Shown: positions 25,162-34,522 of the stretch, piece by piece | Layout: every line of letters starts with the position of its first letter | Numbering within the stretch: the stretch's first letter is position 1 | Assembly: GCA_965217815.1 (NCBI GenBank) | Contig: CBDCJI010000001.1 | Coordinates: forward strand, 527,088 to 591,087 | Direction of reading: 5' to 3' | Source: Chthoniobacterales bacterium | GTDB lineage: Bacteria > Verrucomicrobiota > Verrucomicrobiia > Chthoniobacterales > UBA10450 | Length of the DNA stretch: 64,000 nt | Position numbers and translations under genes: made by a program | Notes under the pieces: model-generated | Database searches by the model: none | Told to the model about the DNA's origin: nothing | Seen by the model: the letters and a program-made list of their open reading frames with translations, nothing else

Positions 25162-27413
25162 GGCTTGAGAAACGGCCTGGCGCGCCAATTTTGCGGAAAG
25201 AATTCCAGCCGCACCGCGCCGGTTTCGTCCTGGCGAAAAAGGGTGACGCCGCGCGCTCGCACCCACTCCGCCCAATCGTCTGCGACTCGCTCGCGCGCCG
25301 GGAAAGCGACCGACGTGGCGATGAGAAGATGAGGCCGCACCGCTTCGAGCAACTGCTCAGAACCCGAGCGACCGGAAAGGTGTTGGCCTTTGATCAGAAT
25401 CGCGCTCGTCAATTCGTTAGGGTGAAGGAGGAGCGCGTCCTCGGTGAGGGGGCCACTGTCGGAGAGCAGGAGCACGCGAAAGCGCTGCTCGATCTCCAAT
25501 TGCAAGACGAGGGTTTTGTCATCGGCGGCCGGCGTCTCGATTCCAGGCGGCGGGTAGAGGACGCGAACGACAACGTCGGGCGAAATCTCGATCGTATCTC
25601 CGCGGGCGACCAGTTCTCGCTTGGGCAGGCGTTCTATCAACGAGCGATGCACGCGCGATTTGTCGGGGGCCGCATTGTCGAGCAGGCGGCGCGGGCGAAA
25701 CTCCTGCGCGAGCGCCGGCGCGCCGCCGATGTGCAGGGAATCGCCGTGACTCAGGACGAGGCCATCGAGCCGGTCGATGCCGCGCGAGTGCAGATAATCG
25801 CGCAGAAGGGTCTGGTAATCGCGCGCGCTCCCGCAGTCGAAGAGCCAGTCCTGCCCGCGCGTGCGCAAATGGACGGCCGCGCCGGCGCCGGCGTCGAGCA
25901 CGGTCATTTCCACCTTCGCGCCCGTCGGCCAATGCGGGCGCTCGACGTAAGCATGGCCGCCGGGGACGAGCGAAAAGAGGTGGACCAGCCAGAGAACGAT
26001 GTGGGCCAGGCTCCAGTTCGCATTATTGAAAACGATCGAGAGCCAAAGCGAAAAGGGCGCCGCGAGGAGCGACATCAAGCTGGTCGCGAGGATGGCGAAG
26101 GCCACCGGCACGACGGCGAGATTGGCGAGCAAGGAGATCGGCGTGACCAGGTAAAAGTACCAGACGATGAGCAAGAGCGACCCGGCCCAAGCCGCCGCCG
26201 AAACCGAAATCCCGCGAGCCACCCACCGGTAGCCGCGTTCGAAAACGAGGCGGCCTGGCCTGACCAGACTGCGGGGTAGAAATGGATCGGTCGCGCTCAG
26301 TTTCTGGAGCGGACGGAAAAGAGCGTTTTGGCCGAGGATGATCGCGCCGACCACGGCAAAGGAGAGTTGGAATCCGGCGGAGAAAAGTTGATTCGAAGCG
26401 CAGGCCAGGATGAGGACGGCCGCGGCGGCGAGGCTGTTCAAGGCGAAGACACGGCGTTCGAAATAAATTCCGCCTAACAATACCGCCGCCATGGTCGCCG
26501 CCCGCCAACTGGAGACATGCCCGCCGGTGACCGCGGCGTAGAAAAAGAGAAAGGGAATGATGAGCGTGGCCGCCCATTTGCGCGGCAGCCGCAGGAGGCG
26601 CGCCACGATCCAGAGTAATTGCGCGATGATGCCGACGTGGAGGCCGGCCACGGCGAATAAGTGCAGGGTGCCGGTTTGCTGGAAAGGCTCCTCGATGTCG
26701 TCCTTCGTTTCGTGGCGTAAGCCGAGGGTCATCCCGCTCAGGAGCGCGCCCACGGCGGGGGAATCTTCCAGTCCGCGCGTGAGCGTGGCCTGCATCCAGG
26801 CGCGCGATTTGGCGGCAAATTTGAGCAGGAAATTTCCCCGATCGCTGGCCAGGATGGCGCCGTTTTCCCGATAACGCGCGAAGAGCGATTGGTGCACGTC
26901 GAGTCGGGCGAAATAAGCGGCCTGATCGAAAACGCCCGGGTTGCGCGTGGGTGGAATCGTCTCGAGGATTCCCTGGAGGCGAATGTCGTCGCCAAGTTGC
27001 GGTTGTCCTTTCCAGCGCGCCCGAACGGTCGCGCCAGAGCGTTCGCGCCGGCCGTTCACCTCCAGCGCATCGAGCTGGAGGAGGAAGGTCGCATAACCGT
27101 TCCCGCTGATTTTTGGCTCGCTCTCGACGGCGCCCGTTACGCTGACGAAGCGCGGCGTGCGGCCCAGGCGGCGCAGCAGCTCGCGCCCGGGCGCATCGCT
27201 TGTTTGCAGCAGATGCAGGGCGCAAAAAGCCGCCGCGACGAGCAGGTAAACGAGGAGCGTGCGGCCCCGCCAAGCCAGCACGCTGGCGCCAGCCAAAACC
27301 AGCGCGCTGACCAGCCCGCCAGGGAGCGGCACGACCTCAGCGACGAGGATTCCCACCGTCGCGGCGAGGCCGATTCCGACCATCGGTTGCCGGGGCGTTT
27401 GGGCTGGGTTCAC
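25131..27413 (-). CDS. comEC: DNA internalization-related competence protein ComEC/Rec2
   Basis: Polytopic competence domain (GTLHLFAVAGLHVGII) plus a C-terminal metallo-beta-lactamase domain (VLDAGAGAAVHL..., LVLSHGDSLHIGG). Confidence 0.9.
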   Translation of the reverse strand: MNPAQTPRQPMVGIGLAATVGILVAEVVPLPGGLVSALVLAGASVLAWRGRTLLVYLLVAAAFCALHLLQTSDAPGRELLRRLGRTPRFVSVTGAVESEPKISGNGYATFLLQLDALEVNGRRERSGATVRARWKGQPQLGDDIRLQGILETIPPTRNPGVFDQAAYFARLDVHQSLFARYRENGAILASDRGNFLLKFAAKSRAWMQATLTRGLEDSPAVGALLSGMTLGLRHETKDDIEEPFQQTGTLHLFAVAGLHVGIIAQLLWIVARLLRLPRKWAATLIIPFLFFYAAVTGGHVSSWRAATMAAVLLGGIYFERRVFALNSLAAAAVLILACASNQLFSAGFQLSFAVVGAIILGQNALFRPLQKLSATDPFLPRSLVRPGRLVFERGYRWVARGISVSAAAWAGSLLLIVWYFYLVTPISLLANLAVVPVAFAILATSLMSLLAAPFSLWLSIVFNNANWSLAHIVLWLVHLFSLVPGGHAYVERPHWPTGAKVEMTVLDAGAGAAVHLRTRGQDWLFDCGSARDYQTLLRDYLHSRGIDRLDGLVLSHGDSLHIGGAPALAQEFRPRRLLDNAAPDKSRVHRSLIERLPKRELVARGDTIEISPDVVVRVLYPPPGIETPAADDKTLVLQLEIEQRFRVLLLSDSGPLTEDALLLHPNELTSAILIKGQHLSGRSGSEQLLEAVRPHLLIATSVAFPARERVADDWAEWVRARGVTLFRQDETGAVRLEFFPQNWRARPFLKPHETFRSSSR

Positions 27414-27499
27414 GGGGGGAGGAAGTTGCTCGTTAGGCTGAGGCTGAGGCGCGGTAAATCGATTGCTTCACCAAGGTTAGTTTATATGCTTGGCCGACC

Positions 27500-28462
27500 G
27501 TGCCGACTCCTTTTTCGCGCAAAACGCGCACCCGTGTGGTGCGGCCGCCTTCCCCCAACGGCGCGGAAAAAAAAACCGCGGCCACGCGCGTCAGTCTGAA
27601 GCCTGGGACCGACTGGCATAAGCGCAACTTCCTCACCGAAGTCCTCATCCCGTCGCTCTTCACCAAGCGCCTCGGGCTGCGGGCCAAGCCGATCTTTTTC
27701 CCCAAGGTCGGCCCCGGCGAAATCGGCATCACCTGGATTGGGCACGCCTCCTTTCTCATTCAGATCGAGGGGATGAACGTCCTGATCGACCCGAATTGGT
27801 CGATGTGGCTAAAAGTGATCAAGCGGCTGAAGCGTCCCGGTGTGCGGATCGACAGCCTGCCTTCGATCGATTTCGTCCTGGTGACTCACGCCCATTTCGA
27901 TCATCTTGATCGGCGGACGCTGCGGCGGGTCGCGGCCGATCAGCCGATCGTGGTCCCGACCGGGGTGGGGAATCTGGTGCACGATCTGGGTTTCAAGACG
28001 GTGCACGAATTGAACGAATGGGAGCAGGTGCAACTCGGGCCGTTGTGCGTCTCGCTCACGCCTTGTCATCACTGGGGCGCGCGCATGTTGCACGACCAAC
28101 ATCGCGGCTTTGGCGGCTTCGTCATCGAAGCGCAGGGGCGCTCGATTTTTCATTGTGGCGACAGCGCTTATTTCTCCGGGTTTGGAGAAATCGGGAAACG
28201 CTTGCCGATCGAGATCGCGCTCCTGCCCATCGGCGCCTACGACACGCCGAGCCGGCGGGAAGTGCACATGAATCCGGAGGAAGCCATCCAGGCCTTTCTC
28301 GAGCTGGGCGCACAGAAGCTGGTCCCGATGCATTATGGTACCTTCCGCCTCGGCTACGAACCGATGGATGAACCGCCGGAGCGTTTGCTCTCGAGTGCGC
28401 GCAGCCACGGAGTCGAGGATAAGGTGCTGGTCATGACCGAAGGCCAGTCCGTGGTGCTGTGA
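27500..28462 (+). CDS. MBL-fold metallo-hydrolase
   Basis: ITWIGHASFLIQ and VLVTHAHFDHLD (HxHxDH) motifs. The exact start is uncertain. Confidence 0.8.
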   Translation: MPTPFSRKTRTRVVRPPSPNGAEKKTAATRVSLKPGTDWHKRNFLTEVLIPSLFTKRLGLRAKPIFFPKVGPGEIGITWIGHASFLIQIEGMNVLIDPNWSMWLKVIKRLKRPGVRIDSLPSIDFVLVTHAHFDHLDRRTLRRVAADQPIVVPTGVGNLVHDLGFKTVHELNEWEQVQLGPLCVSLTPCHHWGARMLHDQHRGFGGFVIEAQGRSIFHCGDSAYFSGFGEIGKRLPIEIALLPIGAYDTPSRREVHMNPEEAIQAFLELGAQKLVPMHYGTFRLGYEPMDEPPERLLSSARSHGVEDKVLVMTEGQSVVL

Positions 28463-28475
28463 TCTCCTTTCCTCG

Positions 28476-30455
28476 GTGAAAATTCGCGTCTCGCCGGGGC
28501 GAAACTTCTGCGGTGCCCTCGGAGCGGGCGCGCTCGTGCTGGGATTTTGCGGGCTCCTTCTTTGGCATAATCCGGGGCTTTTCTGGAATGACGATTACGA
28601 GATTTCCATTCTCCCCGTCTTCGCCGATGTCGCGCGGAGTTGGTCGGAAGGCCACCTCCCCTTGCTCAGCCCCTACTCGTGGGTTTGCAGCAATCTGGCA
28701 GGGGAATTTCAATACGGGACTTTCTCGATTTTCATCAACGCGGCCGTGGTCCTTATCTGGAAGCTGCCGCTGGCCTTTGCCGGCCAGGCCGCGGCTCTTT
28801 CCCTGGTGCATCTCTTCGTGCTCGCAGCCGGCGCGTTCTTGCTCGCGCGCGACCGCGGCCTAACGAGTTCGCTGGCTACGATGGTCGCGCTGGTGGCGGC
28901 CTTAAACGGCTGGATCATGGCCTGGGGCGCGACCGATTGGTTCGGCGCGCTGGCCGCGTTTGCCTGGCTCCCTTGGGCCTGGTGGGGGATGGAGCGGGCG
29001 CTCGATCGGGACCGGACGAATGGGCGATTCCTCTGGCCCGCGCCTTTCGTTTACCTCCTCATGACCGGTGGTTTTCCCTACACGGTGGTGATGCTCCTGC
29101 TGGTCGCCGGCTGGCTGGCCGTGAAGTCGTTAGGGCAAACCGGGCGGCTGTCCTCGCTTTGGCCGCTGCTCCTCGGTCTCGCGCTCGGCGCCGGCCTGGC
29201 CGCGCCGGCCTGGCTTGCGCTCTTCGATTACGTGCACGGCTCGGCCCGGGGCGAACAGGCCAACGCCGGCGCGCACTGGCAATGGCTCGTCCCGCCCGCC
29301 GCGCTCCCCGGTTTTCTCTGGCCGGGCTGGTCGGTCACCTGGACCGATTTTTCGAATCGCGCGCTGGCGCGTCCGGCGCTCGAGCTGGCTTGCGGGACGG
29401 TGCCGCCGCTCGCGCTCTGCGCCGGCTTCATCGGGGGCGGATGGGCATTCGTTAGGCGAATGAAATGGGAGCTGGCTTTGCTCCTCGCCCTCCTCCTCCT
29501 CGCCCTGCTCCCGAGCGCGAACGTCTTCCGTTGGAGTTTCCGCTGGTTGCCCTTGCTCCATCTCGTCCTCGCCCTCGTCGCGGCTGAAGCGATCGCCCAA
29601 TTCCGCCTCGCCTCGGCCTGGCGCTGGCTGCTCACGCTCGTCGTTTTTGTTTCGCTCCTGATTACTTATCTCGTCCTGCCGACGAATAGCGGGGTGCCGA
29701 AATATCACTTTGCTCCCAGCCTAACGAGTCCGCCACCGCTCGACCCGGCCCGGCTTTACCTGAGCGTTTATCCGCCGCCGGAGACGGCTTACCGGTGGAA
29801 GAATCATCCGCAACCCGTCGGGCAGGTGACGCGACCAGGGAGCACCTCGATGTGGGCCGGGCTGCGCTTGATCAATGGCTACAGCCCGATCCGCGCCGCC
29901 GGGGTGGGGCCGGCCTGGACTTTTTACACGCATGGGGAAATCGATTTGGGCATGGCCGAATACTTACTCGGCTGGCAGAGCGGGCCGGAGGGCTGGCTCC
30001 CGGAACTCGGAGTCGATGGCGTCATTGTGGCCCGAGAAATTGCCTTGGCCCCGAAGCCGGCGGCCGCCTGGAAGCTCGTGCATGAAGATGCGGAAGGCCG
30101 CGTCTATCACCGGGTGGGGGGACCGATCCCGCGGGTCCGCGCCCTGCGGGGACAGGCAACGGTGCGGCTGCTCGAGGATTCCCGCCAAAAAGTGGTCGCG
30201 GATGTGATCGCGCCGGCGGGAGCGACGCTGATTTTTTCCCGGCCGTTTTTCGATGGCTACCAAGCGACCCTGGAAGGGAAAAAGATCGCGGTAAATGCGT
30301 ATCGAGGTTGGGCGCCGGAGGTGACGATCCCAGCCGGCGGGTCAGGTCGCCTAACGATGGTTTATCGGCCTTGGTGGCTGCTCTGGGGCGGCGCGATCGC
30401 CGGGGTGAGTTTGCTCATTTTTTGTTTGGGCCTCGGGCGGGCTCTCCGCCGCTAA
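28476..30455 (+). CDS. Large polytopic membrane protein, possibly a YfhO/PMT-like glycosyltransferase
   Basis: More than 10 predicted TM helices followed by a soluble C-terminal domain and a final TM. The functional call is a guess from architecture only. Confidence 0.55.
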   Translation: MKIRVSPGRNFCGALGAGALVLGFCGLLLWHNPGLFWNDDYEISILPVFADVARSWSEGHLPLLSPYSWVCSNLAGEFQYGTFSIFINAAVVLIWKLPLAFAGQAAALSLVHLFVLAAGAFLLARDRGLTSSLATMVALVAALNGWIMAWGATDWFGALAAFAWLPWAWWGMERALDRDRTNGRFLWPAPFVYLLMTGGFPYTVVMLLLVAGWLAVKSLGQTGRLSSLWPLLLGLALGAGLAAPAWLALFDYVHGSARGEQANAGAHWQWLVPPAALPGFLWPGWSVTWTDFSNRALARPALELACGTVPPLALCAGFIGGGWAFVRRMKWELALLLALLLLALLPSANVFRWSFRWLPLLHLVLALVAAEAIAQFRLASAWRWLLTLVVFVSLLITYLVLPTNSGVPKYHFAPSLTSPPPLDPARLYLSVYPPPETAYRWKNHPQPVGQVTRPGSTSMWAGLRLINGYSPIRAAGVGPAWTFYTHGEIDLGMAEYLLGWQSGPEGWLPELGVDGVIVAREIALAPKPAAAWKLVHEDAEGRVYHRVGGPIPRVRALRGQATVRLLEDSRQKVVADVIAPAGATLIFSRPFFDGYQATLEGKKIAVNAYRGWAPEVTIPAGGSGRLTMVYRPWWLLWGGAIAGVSLLIFCLGLGRALRR

Positions 30456-30486
30456 GAGCCGCTCCATCGCCTTCTTCGCCGCCGCT

Positions 30487-30595
30487 GTTGTCATCCCGAG
30501 CGCAGCGAGGGATCTCGCGGATCACCCCGGGCGTCAAGAACACTCGCCTTCCCAAGCCAGTCCGTGAGATCCCTCGCTGCGCTCGGGATGACAAC
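30487..30595. repeat. Palindromic intergenic repeat, family 1, copy B
   Basis: Arms gttgtcatcccgagcgcagcgagggatctcgcgga (30487-30521) and tccgtgagatccctcgctgcgctcgggatgacaac (30561-30595). It lies between convergent genes. Confidence 0.85.
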
Positions 30596-30702
30596 GCAGA
30601 CGCCTGATCGCCGAATGGTCGGGCGGGCTCCGCCTGCCTCGGTTCAAGCTGCGGCAGAAATTGGGCAACAGAAGCGGTCGCCCTACAATTCGCTTTGCGC
30701 CT

Positions 30703-31839
30703 TTAGTAGACGTCGCGCTTGTAGCGCTTTTCGGTCTTCAGTTTCTCGAGATACTCGTTCGCTTCTTCGACGCTCAGACCTCCCTGTTGCTCGACGATTT
30801 TGCGGAGGGCGGCGTCGACATCTTTGGCCATGCGTTTGGCGTCGCCGCAGACGTAAAAGCAGGCGCCCTCCTCGAGCCATTGCCAAAGCTCGCCCGACGC
30901 TCCCATCATCCGGTCTTGCACATAAACTTTGTGCTGCTGATCGCGCGAGAAAGCGGTGTCGATGCGCGTGAGAATCCCGTCCGCGAGGAATTTCTCGAAT
31001 TCGTCCTGGTAATAATAATCGCTCTGGGCGCGCTGCGCGCCGAAGAAGAGCCAGGTTTTCCCGCGCGCACCGAGGGCCTGGCGTTCCTGCAGGAACGCCC
31101 GGAAGGGGGCGACGCCCGTGCCCGGGCCGACCATGATAATGGGGATGTCGCCCTCTTCGGGAAGATGGAATTTCGATTTGCTCGGATAAACCGGCGCGGG
31201 GGAATCGCTGCAGCGCTCGGCCAGGAAAGTGGAGCAAACGCCTTTGCGTTTGCGGCCGTGGCTTTCGTAAGTCACGACGTCGATGATGAAGTGGACCGCC
31301 TCCGGGAAAGCTTTCAAACTCGAAGCGACCGAGTAAAGGCGCGGCTGCAATTTGGAGAGGAGGCCGACGAACTCGGCCGGCTCGAATTTGGCCGACGGAT
31401 GCTCGATCAGGAAATCGATGATCTCCATGCCCCAGAGATAAGTGTCGAGATCCTGTCGGCGTGCCGGCTCGAGCAATTCCTTGAGGAGCGGCGCGGCGGA
31501 GGCGCGTTCGACGATGGCGTGGAGCATTTTCGGGGTGGGATGGGTGATGCTGTAGTCGCGCAGGAGGGCTTCGCGGAAGGTGGTGGCGCCCGTCTTGGTC
31601 GGGACGGTTTCGTCGCCTTTGGCATCGAGCGCCTGGAGGATTTCGCCGACCAGATCGGGGCTATTAGTGGGGTAAACCGCGACCGATTCCCCGACCTCGT
31701 AAGTCAGGCCGGAGCCGGCCAGGGAGAGCTCGAAGTGCCGGGTGTTTTTCTCCGAGTCGGGCGCGTTGAGCCGGCGGTTGACCAGGACCTTGGCCGGAAA
31801 CGGATGGGCTCGGGAATAAGCAGCGGTGTCGTTAGGCAT
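30703..31839 (-). CDS. CysJ/CPR-like FAD- and NADPH-binding flavoprotein (no flavodoxin domain)
   Basis: RLYSVASS, GPGTGVAPFRAFLQER, YVCGDAKRMAKDV and the C-terminal RYKRDVY. The start was reset to the ATG at 31839 (MPNDTAAY); the upstream 63 codons of the track ORF were rejected. Confidence 0.85.
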   Translation of the reverse strand: MPNDTAAYSRAHPFPAKVLVNRRLNAPDSEKNTRHFELSLAGSGLTYEVGESVAVYPTNSPDLVGEILQALDAKGDETVPTKTGATTFREALLRDYSITHPTPKMLHAIVERASAAPLLKELLEPARRQDLDTYLWGMEIIDFLIEHPSAKFEPAEFVGLLSKLQPRLYSVASSLKAFPEAVHFIIDVVTYESHGRKRKGVCSTFLAERCSDSPAPVYPSKSKFHLPEEGDIPIIMVGPGTGVAPFRAFLQERQALGARGKTWLFFGAQRAQSDYYYQDEFEKFLADGILTRIDTAFSRDQQHKVYVQDRMMGASGELWQWLEEGACFYVCGDAKRMAKDVDAALRKIVEQQGGLSVEEANEYLEKLKTEKRYKRDVY

Positions 31840-31908
31840 GAGGAGAAAATCTCCGCGCGAGCGCCCGCCGAGGCAAACGCGGCCTCTGCCTGGTGCGATT
31901 TCCAGACG

Positions 31909-32334
31909 ATGCCTGATGATGCGGTTAATTTTTCCCTGGCCCACGCGCTCCTTCGCCTCGGCCTGGGGTTGAATCTTTTCACCCATGGGCTGGTGCGCCT
32001 GCCGGAGCTGGCCGGGTTCGCCGGGCACGTCGAGCAGATGATGGCGAAAAGTTGGCTCCCTTGGTGGCTGGTCTCGGCGACCGGATTTGCCATTCCCTTC
32101 GTCGAGCTGACGGTCGGCGCGCTTCTCGTCCTCGGGTTCGGGCTGCGCTTGGCGCTGGTCCTCGGGTCGCTCCTTATGCTTGTGCTGACGTTAGGCGTTT
32201 GCCTGGCCCAGAACTGGACGGTGGCGGCCGAGCAATTGATTTACCTGCTCGTCTTCGCGGTCCTTCTCGCCATGGCCCGGCACGATCGCTACTCACTCGA
32301 CGGCTGGCGCAGTCGTGAGGCGGAGCGGGGTTAA
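31909..32334 (+). CDS. DoxX-family membrane protein
   Basis: The last 141 aa of track ORF 30661-32334 (MPDDAVNFSLAHALLRLGLGLNLFTHG...) has four TM helices in the DoxX style. The remainder of that ORF is antisense to the CysJ-like gene. Confidence 0.65.
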   Translation: MPDDAVNFSLAHALLRLGLGLNLFTHGLVRLPELAGFAGHVEQMMAKSWLPWWLVSATGFAIPFVELTVGALLVLGFGLRLALVLGSLLMLVLTLGVCLAQNWTVAAEQLIYLLVFAVLLAMARHDRYSLDGWRSREAERG

Positions 32335-33473
32335 CTGAGGAACTCGGCGAGCGGCTCCATCGGCTCGATGTGCGAGCAGAAAATCTTGAAGGCGGCCAGA
32401 ATCGGCACCGCCAGGATGACGCCGACGATGCCCCACATCCAACCCCAAAAGGTGAGGGAAAGGAGGACCAGAACTGGATTTAAGGTAAGCGAACGGCCCA
32501 TCACCCAGGGCGTGATGAAATTTCCTTCCAAGCTCGCGAGCACGAAGTAGGCCGCCGGAAAAACCAGGGCGAAGCTGAAGCTGTCGAAGCTCAGGACCGC
32601 GCCCAGAGTCATGCACACGATCCCGGTCAAGGCGCCGAGATAGGGGATGAAGTTGAGAAGGGCGACCATCGCGCCCCACATCGCCGGGTTGGGCAAACCG
32701 AGGAAGCCGACGGTGACGCCGACGGCCAGCCCCAGGCAGCAGTTGATCAGGGTGACGGTGAAGAGGTAACGGGAGACCTGGGTTTCGATCTCATGCGCGA
32801 TCGAGACGGCGCGCTTTTTATCCGAGAGCGTGGGCATGAGGCGGATCAACTTGGCCAGGAAGACGCCGTCGTAAGCGAGCAGGAAATAGAGCAAAATCAG
32901 CATCGTAAGGGTGCCGATGAGAATTTCCGGCGTGCCGAACATCAGTTTATCGGTCAGAGCATGTTGCTTCACTTCGACGGTGGGAGTCTTGGCCTGGGTG
33001 GCGGCGGTTGGCGCGGTCAGATTCTCGATCGCTCCGCTGGCTTGGGCGACCTTCTCCATCGGCTTGCGGAAGGGCATCAATTTCTCTTGCAGTTGGTGTA
33101 TGCTGTAGGGCGCTTTCTCGATCCAACCGGCCGCTGGCGCGGCCAGGAAAGAAGCGCCGTAACCAAACAGGCCGACCAGGGAAAGGAGCAGAAGAGCCGC
33201 GCCGAAATAAGGGGTGATCTTAATCCTGGCCAGCCCCCGCACGATCGGGCGCAGCAAGTAGCTCAAGAGCAGCGCCAGGACCATGGGGAGGAGAAGCGAG
33301 CGCACGAAGTAAATGGTGTAAAAGATGGCGAGGAGGAAAAGCCCGCTCAGCGCGACCGAGCGCACGTCGAACGGCCGCTGGAGCACGTCGTGCATTCTGA
33401 GGCGCGGCTTGACCACTGTTTCTTCGGAAGTTTCCGACTTTTCAGCCGGCGCTTCTGCGAGTTCGATTTTCAC
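32331..33473 (-). CDS. AI-2E family transporter (PerM/YhhT-like permease)
   Basis: Topology and motifs (NFIPYLGA, GWMWGIVGVILAVPI) are typical of the AI-2E/UPF0118 family. Confidence 0.85.
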   Translation of the reverse strand: MKIELAEAPAEKSETSEETVVKPRLRMHDVLQRPFDVRSVALSGLFLLAIFYTIYFVRSLLLPMVLALLLSYLLRPIVRGLARIKITPYFGAALLLLSLVGLFGYGASFLAAPAAGWIEKAPYSIHQLQEKLMPFRKPMEKVAQASGAIENLTAPTAATQAKTPTVEVKQHALTDKLMFGTPEILIGTLTMLILLYFLLAYDGVFLAKLIRLMPTLSDKKRAVSIAHEIETQVSRYLFTVTLINCCLGLAVGVTVGFLGLPNPAMWGAMVALLNFIPYLGALTGIVCMTLGAVLSFDSFSFALVFPAAYFVLASLEGNFITPWVMGRSLTLNPVLVLLSLTFWGWMWGIVGVILAVPILAAFKIFCSHIEPMEPLAEFLS

Positions 33474-33563
33474 CTCTTCGATTCGTCGCTCCCACCCCCT
33501 TCACGCGCCTTTCGCGGCGAACCGCCGGCTTGACGGGAACTCTGATCGCGCCGTTCAGTTCCC

Positions 33564-34436
33564 ATGCCCGCCGCTTCCTTACGCGCCTTGCTTACGCAGG
33601 CGATCGATTACGCGGGACTCTTCCCGCCCGCCGATCTCGCGCTCGAGCCGGCCCTGGAAAATCAGGCGGCCTATGTGCGTTCGGCCGATCGCTGGATGCT
33701 CGGCGCGTTCATCCTGCCGGTGGCCAGGTTCGAAGCAGCCCATGCGCAGTTAGAGCGATTTTCCCCGGAATATCCGCTGCACATCTCCGCCCTGGGGCCG
33801 AAAGGAGTGGCCGCCTCCGATTTCGCCGCGGTCATGGAAAGCCTGTCCGCCGCGCTCGCAAAATTCTCGGCCACGCGATCGGGCGCCTTCTCGACGACGC
33901 AATTTGAAATGCCCCTGCCAGTGGGTGTCGCGCCCCAGTCGTTAGGCGATTTGTCCGTCTTTTGGGAAGCGCCGGCCGAGGAAGCCCCCGCCGCCATCGC
34001 AGCGCTGGCCGGGACCGGCGCCGGTTTCAAACTCCGCACCGGCGGCGTAACCGCGGACGCCTTCCCGAGCGACGCCCAGATCGCGCAGGCGCTCGTCGCC
34101 GCCGCTCGCCAGCGCGTTCCGATCAAGTTCACCGCGGGCCTGCATCATCCGTTGAAAAAATTTCACGAGAGCGTCGGGACCAAAATGCACGGCTTTCTCA
34201 ACGTCCTCGGCGCGGGTGTGCTCGCGGCCGAGCACGAGTGGGATGAAGCGCAGACCGCGGAAATGCTGGCCGATGAAAACTCCCAGTCGTTCACCTTCGA
34301 CGAAGACAGTTTCGGCTGGCGGGAGTGGAAAATCAGCACCGCCCAAATCAAAACGCGCCGCCAGTTTGTGACCTCGTTAGGCAGTTGCAGCTTCGACGAG
34401 CCGCGCGCAGACCTGCGCGCGCTCGGCTGGTTGTAG
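33564..34436 (+). CDS. Conserved-looking hypothetical protein
   Basis: 290-aa ORF with coding-like composition (FKLRTGGVTADAFP, KFTAGLHHPL). I recognise no family. Confidence 0.55.
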   Translation: MPAASLRALLTQAIDYAGLFPPADLALEPALENQAAYVRSADRWMLGAFILPVARFEAAHAQLERFSPEYPLHISALGPKGVAASDFAAVMESLSAALAKFSATRSGAFSTTQFEMPLPVGVAPQSLGDLSVFWEAPAEEAPAAIAALAGTGAGFKLRTGGVTADAFPSDAQIAQALVAAARQRVPIKFTAGLHHPLKKFHESVGTKMHGFLNVLGAGVLAAEHEWDEAQTAEMLADENSQSFTFDEDSFGWREWKISTAQIKTRRQFVTSLGSCSFDEPRADLRALGWL

Positions 34437-34515
34437 GGCGGGCGCTTCGCCTGCCCAGTTTCGCCTTTCGCGTCCTACAGAACAAACTAGGCAGGCGAAG
34501 CGCCCGCCCTACAAT
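34432..34515. repeat. Palindromic intergenic repeat, family 2: perfect 25-bp inverted repeat TTGTAGGGCGGGCGCTTCGCCTGCC / GGCAGGCGAAGCGCCCGCCCTACAA
   Basis: Arms at 34432-34456 and 34491-34515 with a 34-bp spacer. The left arm contains the upstream stop codon; the right arm ends at or overlaps the fahA start region. Solo half-copies occur at 60628-60652 and, degenerate, at 30669-30688. Confidence 0.9.
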
Positions 34516-34522
34516 GAGAGCT

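Noticed and set aside
30661-31908. N-terminal ~415 codons of the 557-aa track ORF 30661-32334
   Set aside because: This part is antisense to the CysJ-like flavoprotein gene. Only the final 141 codons (DoxX-like, from the ATG at 31909) look like a real protein.
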